DNA of 64,000 bases from Thermoplasmata archaeon. GTDB lineage: Archaea > Thermoplasmatota > Thermoplasmata > GCA-020350865. The translations under genes and the position numbers were made by a program. Within the stretch, counting starts at the first letter, position 1. Every line of letters starts with the position of its first letter. The stretch spans positions 96,001-160,000 of the forward strand of contig CP070751.1 of NCBI GenBank assembly GCA_020348445.1, given 5' to 3'. This document shows positions 1-12,413 of this stretch, piece by piece. Under the pieces are notes generated by a model. That model saw only the letters and a program-made list of their open reading frames with translations. It ran no database searches and had not been told where the DNA came from.

Positions 1-3000
1 CAATTAGCTCCTGCTCGCATTCCTGAGGGTTCTTTTTGTATTCATTGTAGGTATCGTCTATCCTTTCCATGTACAGTTTGAGTTTACCGCGCTTTCTTTT
101 TATGGACAAGAATCCAATCAAGAACACAAGAATAGATGCTAGGACCGTTGCCCCGGTGATTATGGGTTCCCAGGTCTCCCAAAAGGATTCTTTAGCCTGT
201 GCCTCTTCAACTTCTTCTTCTGTTTTGAATGTTTGATTAAATTCTTTTTCAAGGTTATTGTTTGCCAAATCTTTCGCATTTGTAGAAATTATCACAGTAT
301 ACTCGGTACCATAATCCAAAGGAAGATCAGGCTTGTATTGCACAGTCTCCCCTACCCATTTGAATTTACCCTGTACATGTGGAGTGATTGAAAAGGCACT
401 TTCAGTAACATCCTCGATCATTTCTTCACTAAATGTAATTATAATAATCGAATCAATGGGTACATCAGATCCTTCTGGTAACATGGTTGAAACGTCAGGA
501 GGTGTTGTATCCAATCCCTGGATTGCTATATCGATATCATCAAGAGTTGTTGGGGTATTCTGAACTCTTCCATTTTTACCAAAGTATGCGGTGTTTGATG
601 GTAACGAATTATCTACTGCTTTAACATAATATTCAATGAAATCTGTATCAACTGTTGCAGCAGATATTTCGGCAGAATAGATATTTTCTTCAAGGGTCAT
701 TTGAATTGATGAGTATACAACTTCATCTTGTTTTTTAAAGTATAGAGCCACACTTGCAACCCCACTATTTTCATCGGATACTGTTGCTGCAATAATTATT
801 GACGTTCCTCTATAACCGATGATAACAGGTGTATGGGTAATCACAGGTGAAGTTGAGTCGATATATACAACAATATCCTCGTCTATGTAATTTCCAACAT
901 TGTCGAATGCTCGAACAGTTATGTTATAGATGCCATCATCTTGGGGGGGTAATGTGTACGGACTTGTTTGGGTTGTAAAAGCCTCGTCATCAATACTGAT
1001 TTCATAATGATCGATATCACTTAAGCCATCAGTTGTTAAAAATGTAATCTGCGGTTGGGTATTGGAAGTCCAATCATCAGAACTAGCAGTGGGTGTAAAA
1101 CTCTCAGGACCAGTGGTATCGATATAGACGTAAACATATCCTTCAATGTAATTTCCGGCGTTATCAAATGTTCGGATAGTTATGTTATGGATGCCGTCAA
1201 CTTGGGAGGGTAATATATAGGGACTTGTTTGGGTCGAAAAAATCCCATCGTCTATCTTTACTTCGTAATGATCTATGCCACTGTCATCATCTGTTGTATA
1301 GAACGTTATTGTGGGTTGTGTGTTGTCAGTCCAGGTACTGGGATTTGCTACAGGCGTAAAGGTATTTGGTAGCGCAGCATCAATATATACATCCACAAAG
1401 CCCTCTATAAAATTCCCAGCCATATCGTAAGCTCTTACTGTTATGTTATGCATCCCATCTGACTGGGAAGGCAAAGTAAATGGGCTAGTTTGAGTGAAGA
1501 AACTTCCTTGGTCTATGCTGATATTGTAATAATCAATACCGCTGATATCGTCGGTGGTTGAAAATGAGATTACGGGCTGAGTGTTTGTGGTCCAATCATT
1601 TGGGTCTGCTGTTGGTGTGAATATATTTGGGGGAGTGGTATCAATGTACACATCCACATAACCCTCTATATAATTCCCAGCCATATCATAAGCCCTTACA
1701 GTTATGTTATGTGTCCCATCAGTTAGGGAAGGCAAGGTGAAGGGGCTAGTTTGTGTGGAGAAAACACCAAAATCTATGCTGATATTGTAATAGGCAATAT
1801 CACTAACATCATCTGTGGTTGAAAATGAGATTACAGGCTGAGTGTTTGCAGTCCAACCACTTGGATCTGCTGTTGGTATAAAAGCATTTGGTGGCGTGGT
1901 ATCAATGTACACATCCACATAGCCCTCTATATAATTCCCTACCATATCGTAAGCCCTTACAGTTATGTTATGTGTTCCATCAGTTAGGGAAGGCAATTGA
2001 TATGGGCTTGTTTGAGTGAAGAAATTTCCATGGTCTATGCTGATATTGTAATGGTCAATATCGCTAATATCATCTGTGGTTGAAAATGAAATTATAGGTT
2101 GAGTGTTTATGGTCCAATCACTTGGATCTGCGAAAGGAGTAAAAGCATTTGGAGGTGTGCCATCAATATATACATCCACATAACCTTCTACATAATTTCC
2201 AGCCATATCATAAGCCCTTACAGTTATGTTATGTATCCCATCTGTTTGAGAAGGCAATTGATATGGACTCATTTGAGAAGAGAAAACACCATAATCTATA
2301 CTTATATTGTAATAATCAATACCGCTCATATCATCTGTGGTTGAAAATGAAATTACTGGTTGAGCATTGTTAGTCCAATTACTTGGATCTGCTGTTGGTG
2401 TAAATTCATTTGGGGGCGTGGTATCGATGTACACATCAACAAAGCTGTCTATGTAATTCCCAACAACATCATAAGCCCTTACAGTTATATTATGTATTCC
2501 ATCTATTTGGGAGGGCAATTGATATGGACTCGTTCTTATTGAAAAAGGTTCACTATCAACTTTTACTTCAAAATGATCCATACCGCTATTATCATCTGTT
2601 GTATCGAATGTAATGATGGGTTGGTTATCGTTAGTCCATGTGCCAGGATTCGCCGTTGGTGTAAAGCTATTTGGAGGTGTTGTATCAATAAACACTTCCA
2701 CTGTTCCGTCCCTGAAATTCCCTGCAGAATCGTAGGCTCTGACTGTAATATTATGCACACCATCATCCTGTGAAGGAATAACATAAGGGCTAGATTGATT
2801 TGAAAAGCTATCACCATCAATACTTATCTCATAATGATCTATACCGCTCAAATCATCAGTGGTTGAGAAATTAATTTCCGGCGTTGTGATGTTGGTCCAA
2901 GTATTGGGGTCTGCTATTGGTGTAAAACTGTTAGGAGGTGTGATATCAATATAAACGTCAACATATCCATCTACAAAATTCCCGGCTGCATCGTAGGCTC

Positions 3001-6000
3001 TTACTGTAATGTTATGAATGCCATCAATTTGTGGAGGTAAGGTATAGGGGCTATCTTGCGTAGAAAATGGACCGCTGTTGATGGATACCTCATAATGGTC
3101 TATACCACTTGTATCATCTGTAGTTATGAATGTAATTATGGGTCGTGTATTATTGGTCCAATTTGCAGGATCTGCAATGGGTGTAAATGAATTTGGAGGC
3201 GTTGTATCCACTGTAAAGTTCCAGGCAATGCTGTACTGTGACCAGTCACCATCACTATCATTGGTACGCACTTTCCAGTACCAGGTACCGTCGGCAATTG
3301 TCGTGTATCCTGTGCCTGACGGGAATGGCCAAGTTGGGTTTGCAGAGCTCTGCTGCCCGCTGTCGTAGTCTATGCTGCCAAATCCGATATCATCATCTAT
3401 TACAACCTGGAAATCGGCCTGGGTGCTGTCTGAATCCATGAACATCCAATTGAAACTCAGTGTGTTAATTGTGGTTACAAGATCATTTGTAGGATCAATT
3501 AAACTGGGCGGGCCGGGAATCAAATTATATTGTATGGTCACATTATGCAAAATCGGTAAAAAGTCTGTGTCGCTTGTGCTTAAATAAGCCTTATATTGGA
3601 ACCATTGCTCTCCGTTGTGCCCCGTCCAGATATTTGTTCCTGATAATGTATAAAAGCTTAAGGAGGTCCCATCAGGCCCTACAAAGTTCTTGGTAGATAA
3701 GCCGCCTTGCGTTGCCGCGGACCTTAATTGAAATTTAATTTTCGTATTTACTGGGGTTGTCGCAATCCAGTTAATTGTCCGCCATGATGCTTCACCACCA
3801 GAATCGTACGGCTCTGATTCCAATGTACCTGATGAGAAGTTTTGTTGGTATGAGAGATTTATATTCCTGAGAACTGCTGTATCTATTCCATCAGAGGAAA
3901 AATTGACACGATAGTAAAAATTAGAACCGGACCAACCTAATGAGGTGAGATCAATGATATTAGTACCTCCTGACAAAGTATCCCACATGTTTATAGAACC
4001 TGTTGAATTGCACCAATTAATACTATCTTGTGAAAATTGCATCTTAATATCAGTTCCAGAGGGCTTAACAGCTTTGTATGTAAAATTATTGATTGATAAT
4101 GCTTTATTCCCCATAAGTAGGTTATTGGATATTATCTCACCCCATGATGAATCAATTTTAACTAGCCAGACATCATGACTACCAGCACCATAAGAACCTG
4201 TTTCACCAGTGAATATATACCCATTGTCAGTGGTTTGCTGGACTGAATAACACATTTCATGTTTACTTCCCCCGAAAAATTTAAACCATCTCTCATTACC
4301 CAAAGAATCGGTTTTAATAAGCCATGCATTAGAATAAGGTGTACCGATACCATATGAGGATGTACTACCAGCGATAATATATCCACCATCTGAGGTCAGC
4401 TGGACTGAGTGACAATAATCATTAGCACTCCCGCCAAAGGACTTGTTCCATAGTTCTTTACCCAATGAATCAACCCGAACTAGCCAACCATTAAAATAAT
4501 TTGGAGTACCGATACCATAAGATGTAGTGGTACCAGCGATAATGTAGCCGCCATCTGAGGTCTGCTGAATGGATTCACCCCGTTCACCCGCACTTCCACC
4601 TAAGGTTTCGTTCCATTCCTCTTTACCTGACGAATCTGTCTTGATTAGCCAAACATCAGGCCAGCCTGGACTAAAAGAGTCTGTCTCCCCAGCAATAATA
4701 TAACCGCCGTCAGTGGTCTGTAAGACCGAATAACCACGATCAGTCATACTGCCTCCAAAAGTTCTATTCCATTGCTCATTTCCTGACGAATCTGTTTTAA
4801 TAAGCCAAAGATTCTCCCAAGGTGGACCAAAAAATGTTCTAACGCCAGCAATAATATAACCGCCATCGGACGTTTGCTTGACTTCAAATCCTTGATCATC
4901 TCTGGTTCCTCCGAAAGTTTTATACCATTGTTCATTTCCTGATGAATCGGTTTTAATCAAATAGACATCCCATCTGCCAGCACCGTAAGAATCTGTATAA
5001 CCAACGATAATGTAACCCCCGTCAGAGGTCTGATGGACATCGAATCCTTCGTCTTCACCATTTTCTCCGAAAGTTTTATGCCATTGTTCATTACCTAACG
5101 AATCTGTCTTGACTAAAAAGACATCATTGGATACACCACGGTAAGAGCCAGTAACAATATATCCACCATCTGAAGTTTGATCCACTGCTTTACCATAATC
5201 ATAACCGCTTTCACCAAAAGGTTTACTCCAGCTCTCAACACTTCCCGAATCAACCTTTATGAGCAACACATCGTAATCACCGGCACCATACGAGTTTGTA
5301 TAACCAGTAATGATAAAACAATTATCAGAGGTTTGTTGAACTGATTGACCAAAATCACTCATAGCACCACCAAAAGTCTTATCCCAAATCTTAGCACCTG
5401 AAGAATTGGTTTTAATCAACCAGACATCAAAATCGCCAGCACCATAAGATAATGTATAACCAGCGATGATATAATCACCATCGATAGTTTGTTGAACTGA
5501 AAAACCTGCATCGCTTGAGCTGCCGCCGAAAGTCTGATTCCATTGCTCATTACCTGATGAATCGGTTTTAACAAGCCAGACATCCCAACTACCAGCACCG
5601 TAAGAGTTTGTAAGACCTGTCATAATATAGCCATCATCGGAAGTCTGCATAACTGATTTACCATATTCTGTACCAGTTCCACCGAAGGTTCTATTCCATT
5701 GCTCAATACATAATGAATCTGTCTTGATTAGCCAGAAATCAAAGCTACCACCCTTAACAGTTTCCCCCGCAATAATATAACCACCATCAGAAGTCTGCTG
5801 GACAGAATAGCCTGCATCACTTGAAATCCCGCCGAAGGTCTTGTTCCATTGCTCATTACCCGATGAGTCTGTCTTGATAAGCCATACATCATAGCCACCA
5901 GCACCGTAAGATGAAGTTTCGCCTCCAATTATATAACCACCGTCAGAGGTTTGCTGAATTGATCTGCCAAAATCCCAATTACTCCCTCCAAAGGTTTTGT

Positions 6001-7720
6001 TCCATGCCTCATTACCTGACGAATCTGTCTTGATAAGCCAGGCATCACGATTACCAGCGCCATAAGATTCTGTATACCCAGCGATGATGTAGCCACCATC
6101 AAATGTTTCCTGGGTTGAGTGGCCCTGATCGGCATTCACTCCACCGAAGGTTTTGTTCCATTGCTCGTTGCCTGAAGAATCGGTCTTAATCAGCCAGACA
6201 TCATAATCACCGGCACCATAAGACCGGGTAGAACCAATGACAATAAGGCCATTATCGGAAGTCTCCTTAACTGAAAAGCCTTGATCGCTAAGACTCCCAC
6301 CGAAGGTTTTATTCCATGTCTCAGTCTCTGGCGGATCAATCTTTATCAACCAAACATCTTTGCTGCCAGCACCATAAGAATAGGTATACCCTGCAATGGT
6401 ATATCCACCATCTGAGGTCTGCTGGACGGAAAAACCTTCATCACCTGAACTCCCTCCAAAAAACTTAAACCAATTCTCATTACCGGACGAGTCGGTCTTA
6501 ATTAGCCAGACATCATAATTTCCAGCACCATAAGATTGAGTATAGCCAACGATAATATACCCACCGTCCGAGGTCTGCTGGATGAAATTACCACCATCAG
6601 ATGAACTCCCACCGAACGTCTTATTCCAACTTTCAACACCTGACGAATTGGTTTTGATAAGCAAGGCATCTCTGAAGCTGTCCCCAGAAGAAAAAATTAC
6701 TCCAGCGATAACATACCCACCATCCGAGGTCTGCTTGACAGAACGACCATGATCACCCGAACCCCCGCCAAAGGTTTTGTTCCAACTTTCGGAACCAAAC
6801 GAATCGGTCTTGATTAACCAGATATCATAATCGCCAGCGCCATAAGATTCAGTATCTCCAGTGATAATATACCCACCGTCCGAGGTCTGCTGGACAGAAC
6901 GACCATGATCACGTGAAGTCCCGCCAAAGGTTTTGTTCCAACTTTCTGCACCAGACGAGTCGGTCTTGATTAACCAGACATCAACTGAACCGGTGCCATA
7001 AGAAGAAGTTTGTCCAACGATAATATACCCACCGTCCGAGGTCTGCTGGACAGAATAACCATAATCGCCTGAACTCCCGCCGAAGGTTTTGTTCCAACTT
7101 TCTGCACCTGACGAGTCGGTCTTAATAAGCCAGGCATCATAACTGCCAGCGCCATAAGAAGAGGTTTGTCCAACGATAATATATCCACTATCCGGGGTCT
7201 GCTGGACAGAATGACCAAAATCACCCGAACTCCCACCGAAGGTTTTGTTCCAACTTTCAGCACCTGAAGAGTCGGTCTTGATTAACCAGACATCATAACT
7301 GCCAGCGCCATAAGAATCGGTGTCTCCAGCGATAATATAACCGCCATCAGATGTCTGCTTGGCTGACTGGCTTCCATCATCTGAGCTCCCCCCAAATGTC
7401 TTATTTATCTTATTAAGTTTCACCTCACCCCCTGCAGTGTCCACAATAACATTCCGTTTATAATCGATCTTTGACTCGTCAAGAAAATCGTCTTCGATAT
7501 ATTTTGTCTGTAGAGCAAGGGTAACATTACCATCAGGTGTTACTATCACATTTGTTAGTGTTCCATTATTAAAATCTTGCTCTGTGGTCTGCATCCAGCT
7601 AGAACCTGCAGAAGCGTTCTCCATCAAAGGTTCTTTAAAAGGTATTGACTGAATGATAAACAGTATCAGCAATATCCCTATGTACCATCGAAATACTCGC
7701 TTTGCCTTTCGCCCACACAT
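1..7720 (-). CDS. Large cell-surface protein, paralog 1 of 5 (>2573 aa, 3' end outside the window): signal peptide, 21 beta-propeller blades, 9 Ig-like stalk repeats, SbsA/Big_5-like Ig domain, TM helix, conserved cytoplasmic tail
   Basis: Absent from the ORF track because no stop lies in the window. ATG at 7720 ([18 protein letters not shown]...NASAGSSW) follows a GGAGGGG RBS. The frame was spot-checked at 7420, 3610 and positions 4-2 and is consistent. It ends ...[62 protein letters not shown], matching the other four paralogs. Confidence 0.9.
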   Translation of the reverse strand, partial: MCGRKAKRVFRWYIGILLILFIIQSIPFKEPLMENASAGSSWMQTTEQDFNNGTLTNVIVTPDGNVTLALQTKYIEDDFLDESKIDYKRNVIVDTAGGEVKLNKINKTFGGSSDDGSQSAKQTSDGGYIIAGDTDSYGAGSYDVWLIKTDSSGAESWNKTFGGSSGDFGHSVQQTPDSGYIIVGQTSSYGAGSYDAWLIKTDSSGAESWNKTFGGSSGDYGYSVQQTSDGGYIIVGQTSSYGTGSVDVWLIKTDSSGAESWNKTFGGTSRDHGRSVQQTSDGGYIITGDTESYGAGDYDIWLIKTDSFGSESWNKTFGGGSGDHGRSVKQTSDGGYVIAGVIFSSGDSFRDALLIKTNSSGVESWNKTFGGSSSDGGNFIQQTSDGGYIIVGYTQSYGAGNYDVWLIKTDSSGNENWFKFFGGSSGDEGFSVQQTSDGGYTIAGYTYSYGAGSKDVWLIKIDPPETETWNKTFGGSLSDQGFSVKETSDNGLIVIGSTRSYGAGDYDVWLIKTDSSGNEQWNKTFGGVNADQGHSTQETFDGGYIIAGYTESYGAGNRDAWLIKTDSSGNEAWNKTFGGSNWDFGRSIQQTSDGGYIIGGETSSYGAGGYDVWLIKTDSSGNEQWNKTFGGISSDAGYSVQQTSDGGYIIAGETVKGGSFDFWLIKTDSLCIEQWNRTFGGTGTEYGKSVMQTSDDGYIMTGLTNSYGAGSWDVWLVKTDSSGNEQWNQTFGGSSSDAGFSVQQTIDGDYIIAGYTLSYGAGDFDVWLIKTNSSGAKIWDKTFGGAMSDFGQSVQQTSDNCFIITGYTNSYGAGDYDVLLIKVDSGSVESWSKPFGESGYDYGKAVDQTSDGGYIVTGSYRGVSNDVFLVKTDSLGNEQWHKTFGENGEDEGFDVHQTSDGGYIIVGYTDSYGAGRWDVYLIKTDSSGNEQWYKTFGGTRDDQGFEVKQTSDGGYIIAGVRTFFGPPWENLWLIKTDSSGNEQWNRTFGGSMTDRGYSVLQTTDGGYIIAGETDSFSPGWPDVWLIKTDSSGKEEWNETLGGSAGERGESIQQTSDGGYIIAGTTTSYGIGTPNYFNGWLVRVDSLGKELWNKSFGGSANDYCHSVQLTSDGGYIIAGSTSSYGIGTPYSNAWLIKTDSLGNERWFKFFGGSKHEMCYSVQQTTDNGYIFTGETGSYGAGSHDVWLVKIDSSWGEIISNNLLMGNKALSINNFTYKAVKPSGTDIKMQFSQDSINWCNSTGSINMWDTLSGGTNIIDLTSLGWSGSNFYYRVNFSSDGIDTAVLRNINLSYQQNFSSGTLESEPYDSGGEASWRTINWIATTPVNTKIKFQLRSAATQGGLSTKNFVGPDGTSLSFYTLSGTNIWTGHNGEQWFQYKAYLSTSDTDFLPILHNVTIQYNLIPGPPSLIDPTNDLVTTINTLSFNWMFMDSDSTQADFQVVIDDDIGFGSIDYDSGQQSSANPTWPFPSGTGYTTIADGTWYWKVRTNDSDGDWSQYSIAWNFTVDTTPPNSFTPIADPANWTNNTRPIITFITTDDTSGIDHYEVSINSGPFSTQDSPYTLPPQIDGIHNITVRAYDAAGNFVDGYVDVYIDITPPNSFTPIADPNTWTNITTPEINFSTTDDLSGIDHYEISIDGDSFSNQSSPYVIPSQDDGVHNITVRAYDSAGNFRDGTVEVFIDTTPPNSFTPTANPGTWTNDNQPIITFDTTDDNSGMDHFEVKVDSEPFSIRTSPYQLPSQIDGIHNITVRAYDVVGNYIDSFVDVYIDTTPPNEFTPTADPSNWTNNAQPVISFSTTDDMSGIDYYNISIDYGVFSSQMSPYQLPSQTDGIHNITVRAYDMAGNYVEGYVDVYIDGTPPNAFTPFADPSDWTINTQPIISFSTTDDISDIDHYNISIDHGNFFTQTSPYQLPSLTDGTHNITVRAYDMVGNYIEGYVDVYIDTTPPNAFIPTADPSGWTANTQPVISFSTTDDVSDIAYYNISIDFGVFSTQTSPFTLPSLTDGTHNITVRAYDMAGNYIEGYVDVYIDTTPPNIFTPTADPNDWTTNTQPVISFSTTDDISGIDYYNISIDQGSFFTQTSPFTLPSQSDGMHNITVRAYDMAGNFIEGFVDVYIDAALPNTFTPVANPSTWTDNTQPTITFYTTDDDSGIDHYEVKIDDGIFSTQTSPYILPSQVDGIHNITIRTFDNAGNYIEGYVYVYIDTTGPESFTPTASSDDWTSNTQPQITFLTTDGLSDIDHYEISIDDEAFTTQTSPYTLPPQDDGIYNITVRAFDNVGNYIDEDIVVYIDSTSPVITHTPVIIGYRGTSIIIAATVSDENSGVASVALYFKKQDEVVYSSIQMTLEENIYSAEISAATVDTDFIEYYVKAVDNSLPSNTAYFGKNGRVQNTPTTLDDIDIAIQGLDTTPPDVSTMLPEGSDVPIDSIIIITFSEEMIEDVTESAFSITPHVQGKFKWVGETVQYKPDLPLDYGTEYTVIISTNAKDLANNNLEKEFNQTFKTEEEVEEAQAKESFWETWEPIITGATVLASILVFLIGFLSIKRKRGKLKLYMERIDDTYNEYKKNPQECEQELI
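860..3210 (-). repeat. Nine tandem ~87-aa (261-bp) Ig-like repeats in paralog 1
   Basis: The unit [78 protein letters not shown] was counted 9 times. The copies at 1641 and 1902 are near-identical at DNA level and 261 bp apart. Boundaries are approximate. Confidence 0.85.
4190..7400 (-). repeat. 21 tandem ~52-aa beta-propeller blade repeats (WNKTFGG...QTSDGGY...[11 protein letters not shown]) in paralog 1
   Basis: Counted 21 TSDGGY-type cores between about 4225 and 7345. Boundaries are approximate. Confidence 0.85.
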
Positions 7721-7785
7721 ATTAGTCCCCTCCGTGACTGTATAAATCTTGTAATTAAGATATAATATGGCTATTTAAATTTATC
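7721..7785 (-). promoter_or_regulatory. Conserved promoter/RBS cassette, copy 1 (paralog 1)
   Basis: Plus-strand AGATATAATATG-NN-TATTTAAAWTTATC at 7758-7785 (minus-strand TATA box TTTAAATA), plus a GGAGGGG RBS upstream of the ATG. Confidence 0.75.
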
Positions 7786-7855
7786 TTTATTTTTGAAATA
7801 TCTAGAGAGGATTTTAGGGAAGGCTTAATTAATGAAATTACGAGCCTCACTGCAT

Positions 7856-10800
7856 TTATTCTTCTTTACGTTCCTCTACAATATCTTCTACTTCCCCGCC
7901 AACTTCTTCCTCACCAGAAACAGGCTCAGTAATTTCCTCTTCCGACACTTCCCCTGCCTTCCCTACTTCCCCTATCTCCTCTTTTTCCATGACCGCCAAT
8001 TTCACTATATAGTCATCTATCTTTTTATCCAGAATCAGGAAATGATTTTCCTCGATCTTGCCTCTATGAACGTCTTTTTTAATATCATCTCTCAAGAGGA
8101 TTAACTCCTCCTCACAGGTCTTTGGATCTTCCTTATATTCATTGAATGTGTCTTCTATCCTTTCCATATACCGCCTGAGCTTACTCCGCTTTTTTCTTAT
8201 GGAAAGAAATCCAATCAAAAACACGATGATAGAGGCTAAAACCGTTCCACCAGTGATTATCGGCTCCCAGGTCTCCCAGAACGATCCTTCGCCCTCTTTT
8301 TCAGGTGCTTCTTCAGATTCTTTTTCGGTGGTAAACGACCAATTATGTTCTTTTTCTAAATTATTACCCACAAAATCCTTTGCATCTGTTGAAATTGTGA
8401 TAGTATAAATTGTTTTATATGATAAGGGAGAATCAGGATCAAAAATAAGATCATTACCATCCCAAGATAATTGTCCACCTACAGAAGGTTCAATTGAAAA
8501 TGCATCTTTTGTTGCGCTTTCCTTCATCCTCTCATTAAAAGTTACTGTGATTGTTGTGTCAATGGGTACTTCGATGCCCCTTGGTGAATAGTCAGTTATT
8601 GTTGGGGGAGATACATCCTGAATTGAGGTCGTGATAAATTGCCAGGTATATTCAACTTCTAAGTTATTACCAGCTAAATCCTTTACCACAGTACCAATAG
8701 TTACAGTATATGGTGTACCATACTCCAATGCATACTCCGAATTGAATATCAGTTTGTTTCCTTCCCAGTTGGTTATTCCCGTGAGTGCAGGTGTGATTGA
8801 AAATATGTTATCTGTTATAGTGGTGTCCATCTCCTCATTAAATGTTACCGAGATTATAGTGCTTACAGGAACATTGTTGCCTTCTGGGAATTTTTCGATA
8901 ACAGTTGGTGGTGTTATATCTACATCCGTTATCGTGATGATAATATCATTCTGGTCATTTGGCATCTCAGATACCTGACCACCGGCACCATAATAAGCTA
9001 TAGATTGAACTGAGGATTTATCTGCAGCTTTGATGTAATAATCCACACCATCAGTAGTGACCACATCTGCAGGGATGTCAGCAGAATAAACATAACCACT
9101 TCTAGTCATCGTTATGTTTGTATATTTTGTGTCGATAATCCTCTTATAAAACAACTCTACATAATCAACATCGCTATGATCATCTGTAACTGTGGCTGAT
9201 ATCGTTATTGCAGAACCTTCACTACCTGCTGTTACAGGCGTGTGAGAAATGGAAGGGGGTGTTGTATCAATATATACATCAACATATCTATCAATATAAT
9301 TTCCTGCCTCGTCGTAGGCTCTTACTATAATGTTGTGTATTCCATCGGCTTGTATCGGTAAAGTAAAAGGACTTGCTTGTGTCGTAAAAGATCCACTATC
9401 GATCCTAATCTCATAGTGATCAATACCGCTTGTTGCATCTGTTGTAAAGAAAGTTATCTGAGGTTGATTGTCAATTATCCAACCAATAGGTGCGCTGGGA
9501 CTGAAATCAACTGGGTCAGTGGTATCGATAAAAACATCGACATCGCTGTCTTTGTAATTCCCAGCTAAATCGAAAGCTCGCACCGTTATGGTATGTATCC
9601 CATCAGACTGTGGCGATAAAGTGTACGGGCTTGTCCGAGAGAAAAATCCTCCATAATCAATACTAACCTCATAATGGTCGATTCCACTGGTTGCATCTGT
9701 TGTAGAAAATGAAATAGTGGGCTGGGAATTATAGGTCCAGTCACTGGGATCTGCAATAGGTGTAAAACTATTTGGTGAAGTGGCATCTATGTATACATCC
9801 ACGAAGCCATCTCGATAATTACCGGCCTTGTCATAGGCTCTTACAGTTATATTGTGTATTCCATCAGACTGTGGAGGTAACATATATGGACTAGTTTGGG
9901 TAGAAAAGCCCCCAGCGTCTATTTTCACTTGATAATAATCAACGCCACTTGTTGCATCATTTGTTGAGAATGATATTTCTGGTTGGATGGTATCAGTCCA
10001 ACTGGAAGGAGTGGCAATTGGTGTAAAACTATCAGGTGGAATTGTATCAATTGTTATATTCCAGTAATTGCTGTATGGTGACCAGTCCCTGCCATCATCC
10101 ATGGTTCGGACTTTCCAATACCAGGAGCCATCAGCAATAGCAGTATAACCTGTTCCATCAGGAAATTGCCAATATGTATTTGATGAGCTTTGTTCTCCGC
10201 TATCGTAATCAACATCACCAAAGCTATTGTTATCATCGATTAAAACATGTAATCCACCTTGGATTCCATCCAAATCCAAGAAGTTCCAACTGAACAAGGG
10301 AGTACTATCATTTGTGATGATATTATTTAATGGACCAACTGGATTTGGCGCAGCTGGAATTTGATTGAAAAATATTGTTACATCCTGTAAAATAGGCGTT
10401 TGATTTCCCATACTGGTGTTAAAATATATTTTATATTGAATTATTGCGTCCAAATCATGGCCAGACCAGATATCGGTATCTGATATTTCATAATAGGTAG
10501 AGGGGGTTCCGTCAGGGCCTATAAAATCTGGTCCTGAGCTTTCGGTTTTCAATTGAAATCTGATGTCTGTATTGAGAGTTTCGAAAGAGTTCCAGCTTAT
10601 TGTAGTCCAATTAACACCAAAACCTGCATTAAAAGGTTGTGATTCCAATGTCCCGATATAGAGAAATCTATTATATGAGACATTAATATTTTGTACACTT
10701 GGTGCGCTTACATTACTGGATGTTAAATTCACTCGGTAGTAAAAGTTATCCCCCTGCCAACGCAAGTTAGATAAATCTATGGAATTGAATCCACCCGTTA

Positions 10801-12319
10801 ATAAATCCCAGCCGCCTAGAACGCCGTTTTTATCATTCCATTCAGTCATATTTTGTGAAAACTGAACTTTGATTCCAGTTTCGGGTGGTGTTTGGGTGGT
10901 GCAGTTAAAATAATCAATAGAATAAACACTCTGCCCTTCAAGCAAGTTTGTCGAGGTAAAGTCGCCATAAAAGAATTCAACAATACCAGTGTCATTTGTT
11001 TTTATCAAACTATTTTGACCGGCAACAATAAAGCCACCGTCGGAAGTCACCTTAACTGAATTACCACTTTCATAAGTATAATATCTTTGCCAAACAAGAT
11101 TGCCATTTGAATCCAATTTTATAAGTGTATTACCTTCCTCATCACCACGTGTAATAATAACATACCCGCCATCAGCAGTTCTATGCACTTCATTTCCATA
11201 GTCCTCAGAGCCGACATAGCCCCAAGTAGTATCCCATTGTACGGCACCCACGGAATCGGTTTTGATTACCCACACATCTCCGTTGCCAGGACCAAAAGAC
11301 ATTGTTAACCCAGAGATGATATAACCTCCATCGTAAGTTTGATTTACTGAGAGGCCATAATCTTCTTGCGGTCCGCCGTAAGTTTTATTCCATTCTTCAT
11401 TACCTGAAGAATCGGTTTTTATTAAATATATATCTTCTGGATCTATACCAAATGAATATGTATTCCCAACGACAATAAAACCACCGTCGGATGTCTCCTG
11501 GGCTGAGTTGCCAACATCACCCCCATCCCCTCCAAAGGTTTTACTCCATATCTCGCTGCCTGCACTATCGGTTTTAATCAGCCATATATTACTACCAGCA
11601 GGACCAAAAGAGCGTGTGAATCCTGTAATTATATAGCCACCATCAGAGGTTTGCTTGATTGAATGACCCCTATCGAGACCACCTCCCCCAAATGTTTTAT
11701 TCCATACCTCATTACCGGATGAATCGGTTTTAATTAGCCAGACATCATCAAAAGCAGCACCGTAGGAATCAGTGGTACCTGTAATCATATAACCATCATC
11801 AGAAGCCAGGCAGACAGAATTACCAATATCGTAACCACTCCCGCCGATGGACTTATTCCATTCTTCATCACCAGTAGAATTGGTTTTAAAAAGCAATACA
11901 TCAGTGTTGCCATCATAATATCGACCAGTGGCTATGTAACCACCATCTTTGGTCTGTTGAACTGAATGAAATTCGAACACCGCACCGATGTCGTACGTAT
12001 AATTAAATTTGATTAATTTGGCTTCCCCGGCAAAAGGATCAACATTTACTTTATTTTTCAAGCTAATTTTTGATTCGTTAAAAAAGTTATCTTCTACATA
12101 TTCTATTTGTAATGCAAGCGTAACATTGCCCTCAAATGTTACGGTTACATTTACTCCTGTGCCTGCTTGAAAATCCGCCTGTGTTGTCTGCGTCCAGCTC
12201 GAACCTGCTGAGGCGTTCTTTACAAATGGCCCATTAAAAGGTATTACCTGAATTACAGACATTATCAGCAATACTCCCATGAACCATCGAAGCGCTCGTC
12301 TTACCTTTTGCCCACACAT
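7856..12319 (-). CDS. Cell-surface protein paralog 2 (1487 aa): 7-blade propeller, 3 Ig stalk repeats, 2 SbsA-like Ig domains, TM, cytoplasmic tail
   Basis: ORF track. Signal peptide ending NASA|G, seven DGGY/F cores, TM ([21 protein letters not shown]), KKR stop-transfer and a conserved tail. Confidence 0.9.
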   Translation of the reverse strand: MCGQKVRRALRWFMGVLLIMSVIQVIPFNGPFVKNASAGSSWTQTTQADFQAGTGVNVTVTFEGNVTLALQIEYVEDNFFNESKISLKNKVNVDPFAGEAKLIKFNYTYDIGAVFEFHSVQQTKDGGYIATGRYYDGNTDVLLFKTNSTGDEEWNKSIGGSGYDIGNSVCLASDDGYMITGTTDSYGAAFDDVWLIKTDSSGNEVWNKTFGGGGLDRGHSIKQTSDGGYIITGFTRSFGPAGSNIWLIKTDSAGSEIWSKTFGGDGGDVGNSAQETSDGGFIVVGNTYSFGIDPEDIYLIKTDSSGNEEWNKTYGGPQEDYGLSVNQTYDGGYIISGLTMSFGPGNGDVWVIKTDSVGAVQWDTTWGYVGSEDYGNEVHRTADGGYVIITRGDEEGNTLIKLDSNGNLVWQRYYTYESGNSVKVTSDGGFIVAGQNSLIKTNDTGIVEFFYGDFTSTNLLEGQSVYSIDYFNCTTQTPPETGIKVQFSQNMTEWNDKNGVLGGWDLLTGGFNSIDLSNLRWQGDNFYYRVNLTSSNVSAPSVQNINVSYNRFLYIGTLESQPFNAGFGVNWTTISWNSFETLNTDIRFQLKTESSGPDFIGPDGTPSTYYEISDTDIWSGHDLDAIIQYKIYFNTSMGNQTPILQDVTIFFNQIPAAPNPVGPLNNIITNDSTPLFSWNFLDLDGIQGGLHVLIDDNNSFGDVDYDSGEQSSSNTYWQFPDGTGYTAIADGSWYWKVRTMDDGRDWSPYSNYWNITIDTIPPDSFTPIATPSSWTDTIQPEISFSTNDATSGVDYYQVKIDAGGFSTQTSPYMLPPQSDGIHNITVRAYDKAGNYRDGFVDVYIDATSPNSFTPIADPSDWTYNSQPTISFSTTDATSGIDHYEVSIDYGGFFSRTSPYTLSPQSDGIHTITVRAFDLAGNYKDSDVDVFIDTTDPVDFSPSAPIGWIIDNQPQITFFTTDATSGIDHYEIRIDSGSFTTQASPFTLPIQADGIHNIIVRAYDEAGNYIDRYVDVYIDTTPPSISHTPVTAGSEGSAITISATVTDDHSDVDYVELFYKRIIDTKYTNITMTRSGYVYSADIPADVVTTDGVDYYIKAADKSSVQSIAYYGAGGQVSEMPNDQNDIIITITDVDITPPTVIEKFPEGNNVPVSTIISVTFNEEMDTTITDNIFSITPALTGITNWEGNKLIFNSEYALEYGTPYTVTIGTVVKDLAGNNLEVEYTWQFITTSIQDVSPPTITDYSPRGIEVPIDTTITVTFNERMKESATKDAFSIEPSVGGQLSWDGNDLIFDPDSPLSYKTIYTITISTDAKDFVGNNLEKEHNWSFTTEKESEEAPEKEGEGSFWETWEPIITGGTVLASIIVFLIGFLSIRKKRSKLRRYMERIEDTFNEYKEDPKTCEEELILLRDDIKKDVHRGKIEENHFLILDKKIDDYIVKLAVMEKEEIGEVGKAGEVSEEEITEPVSGEEEVGGEVEDIVEERKEE

Positions 12320-12387
12320 AAGAAGCCCCCTCCGTGTTATTGTAAATCTTATGGATAAGATATAATATGGCTATTTAAAATTATCTT
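12320..12387 (-). promoter_or_regulatory. Conserved promoter/RBS cassette, copy 2
   Basis: 12321-12387 is identical over 67 bp to 22225-22291 and contains TATA (TTTAAATA on minus) and a GGAGGGGG RBS. Confidence 0.8.
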
Positions 12388-12413
12388 TTGTCTGGCCCCG
12401 GTCCCATTAAATC

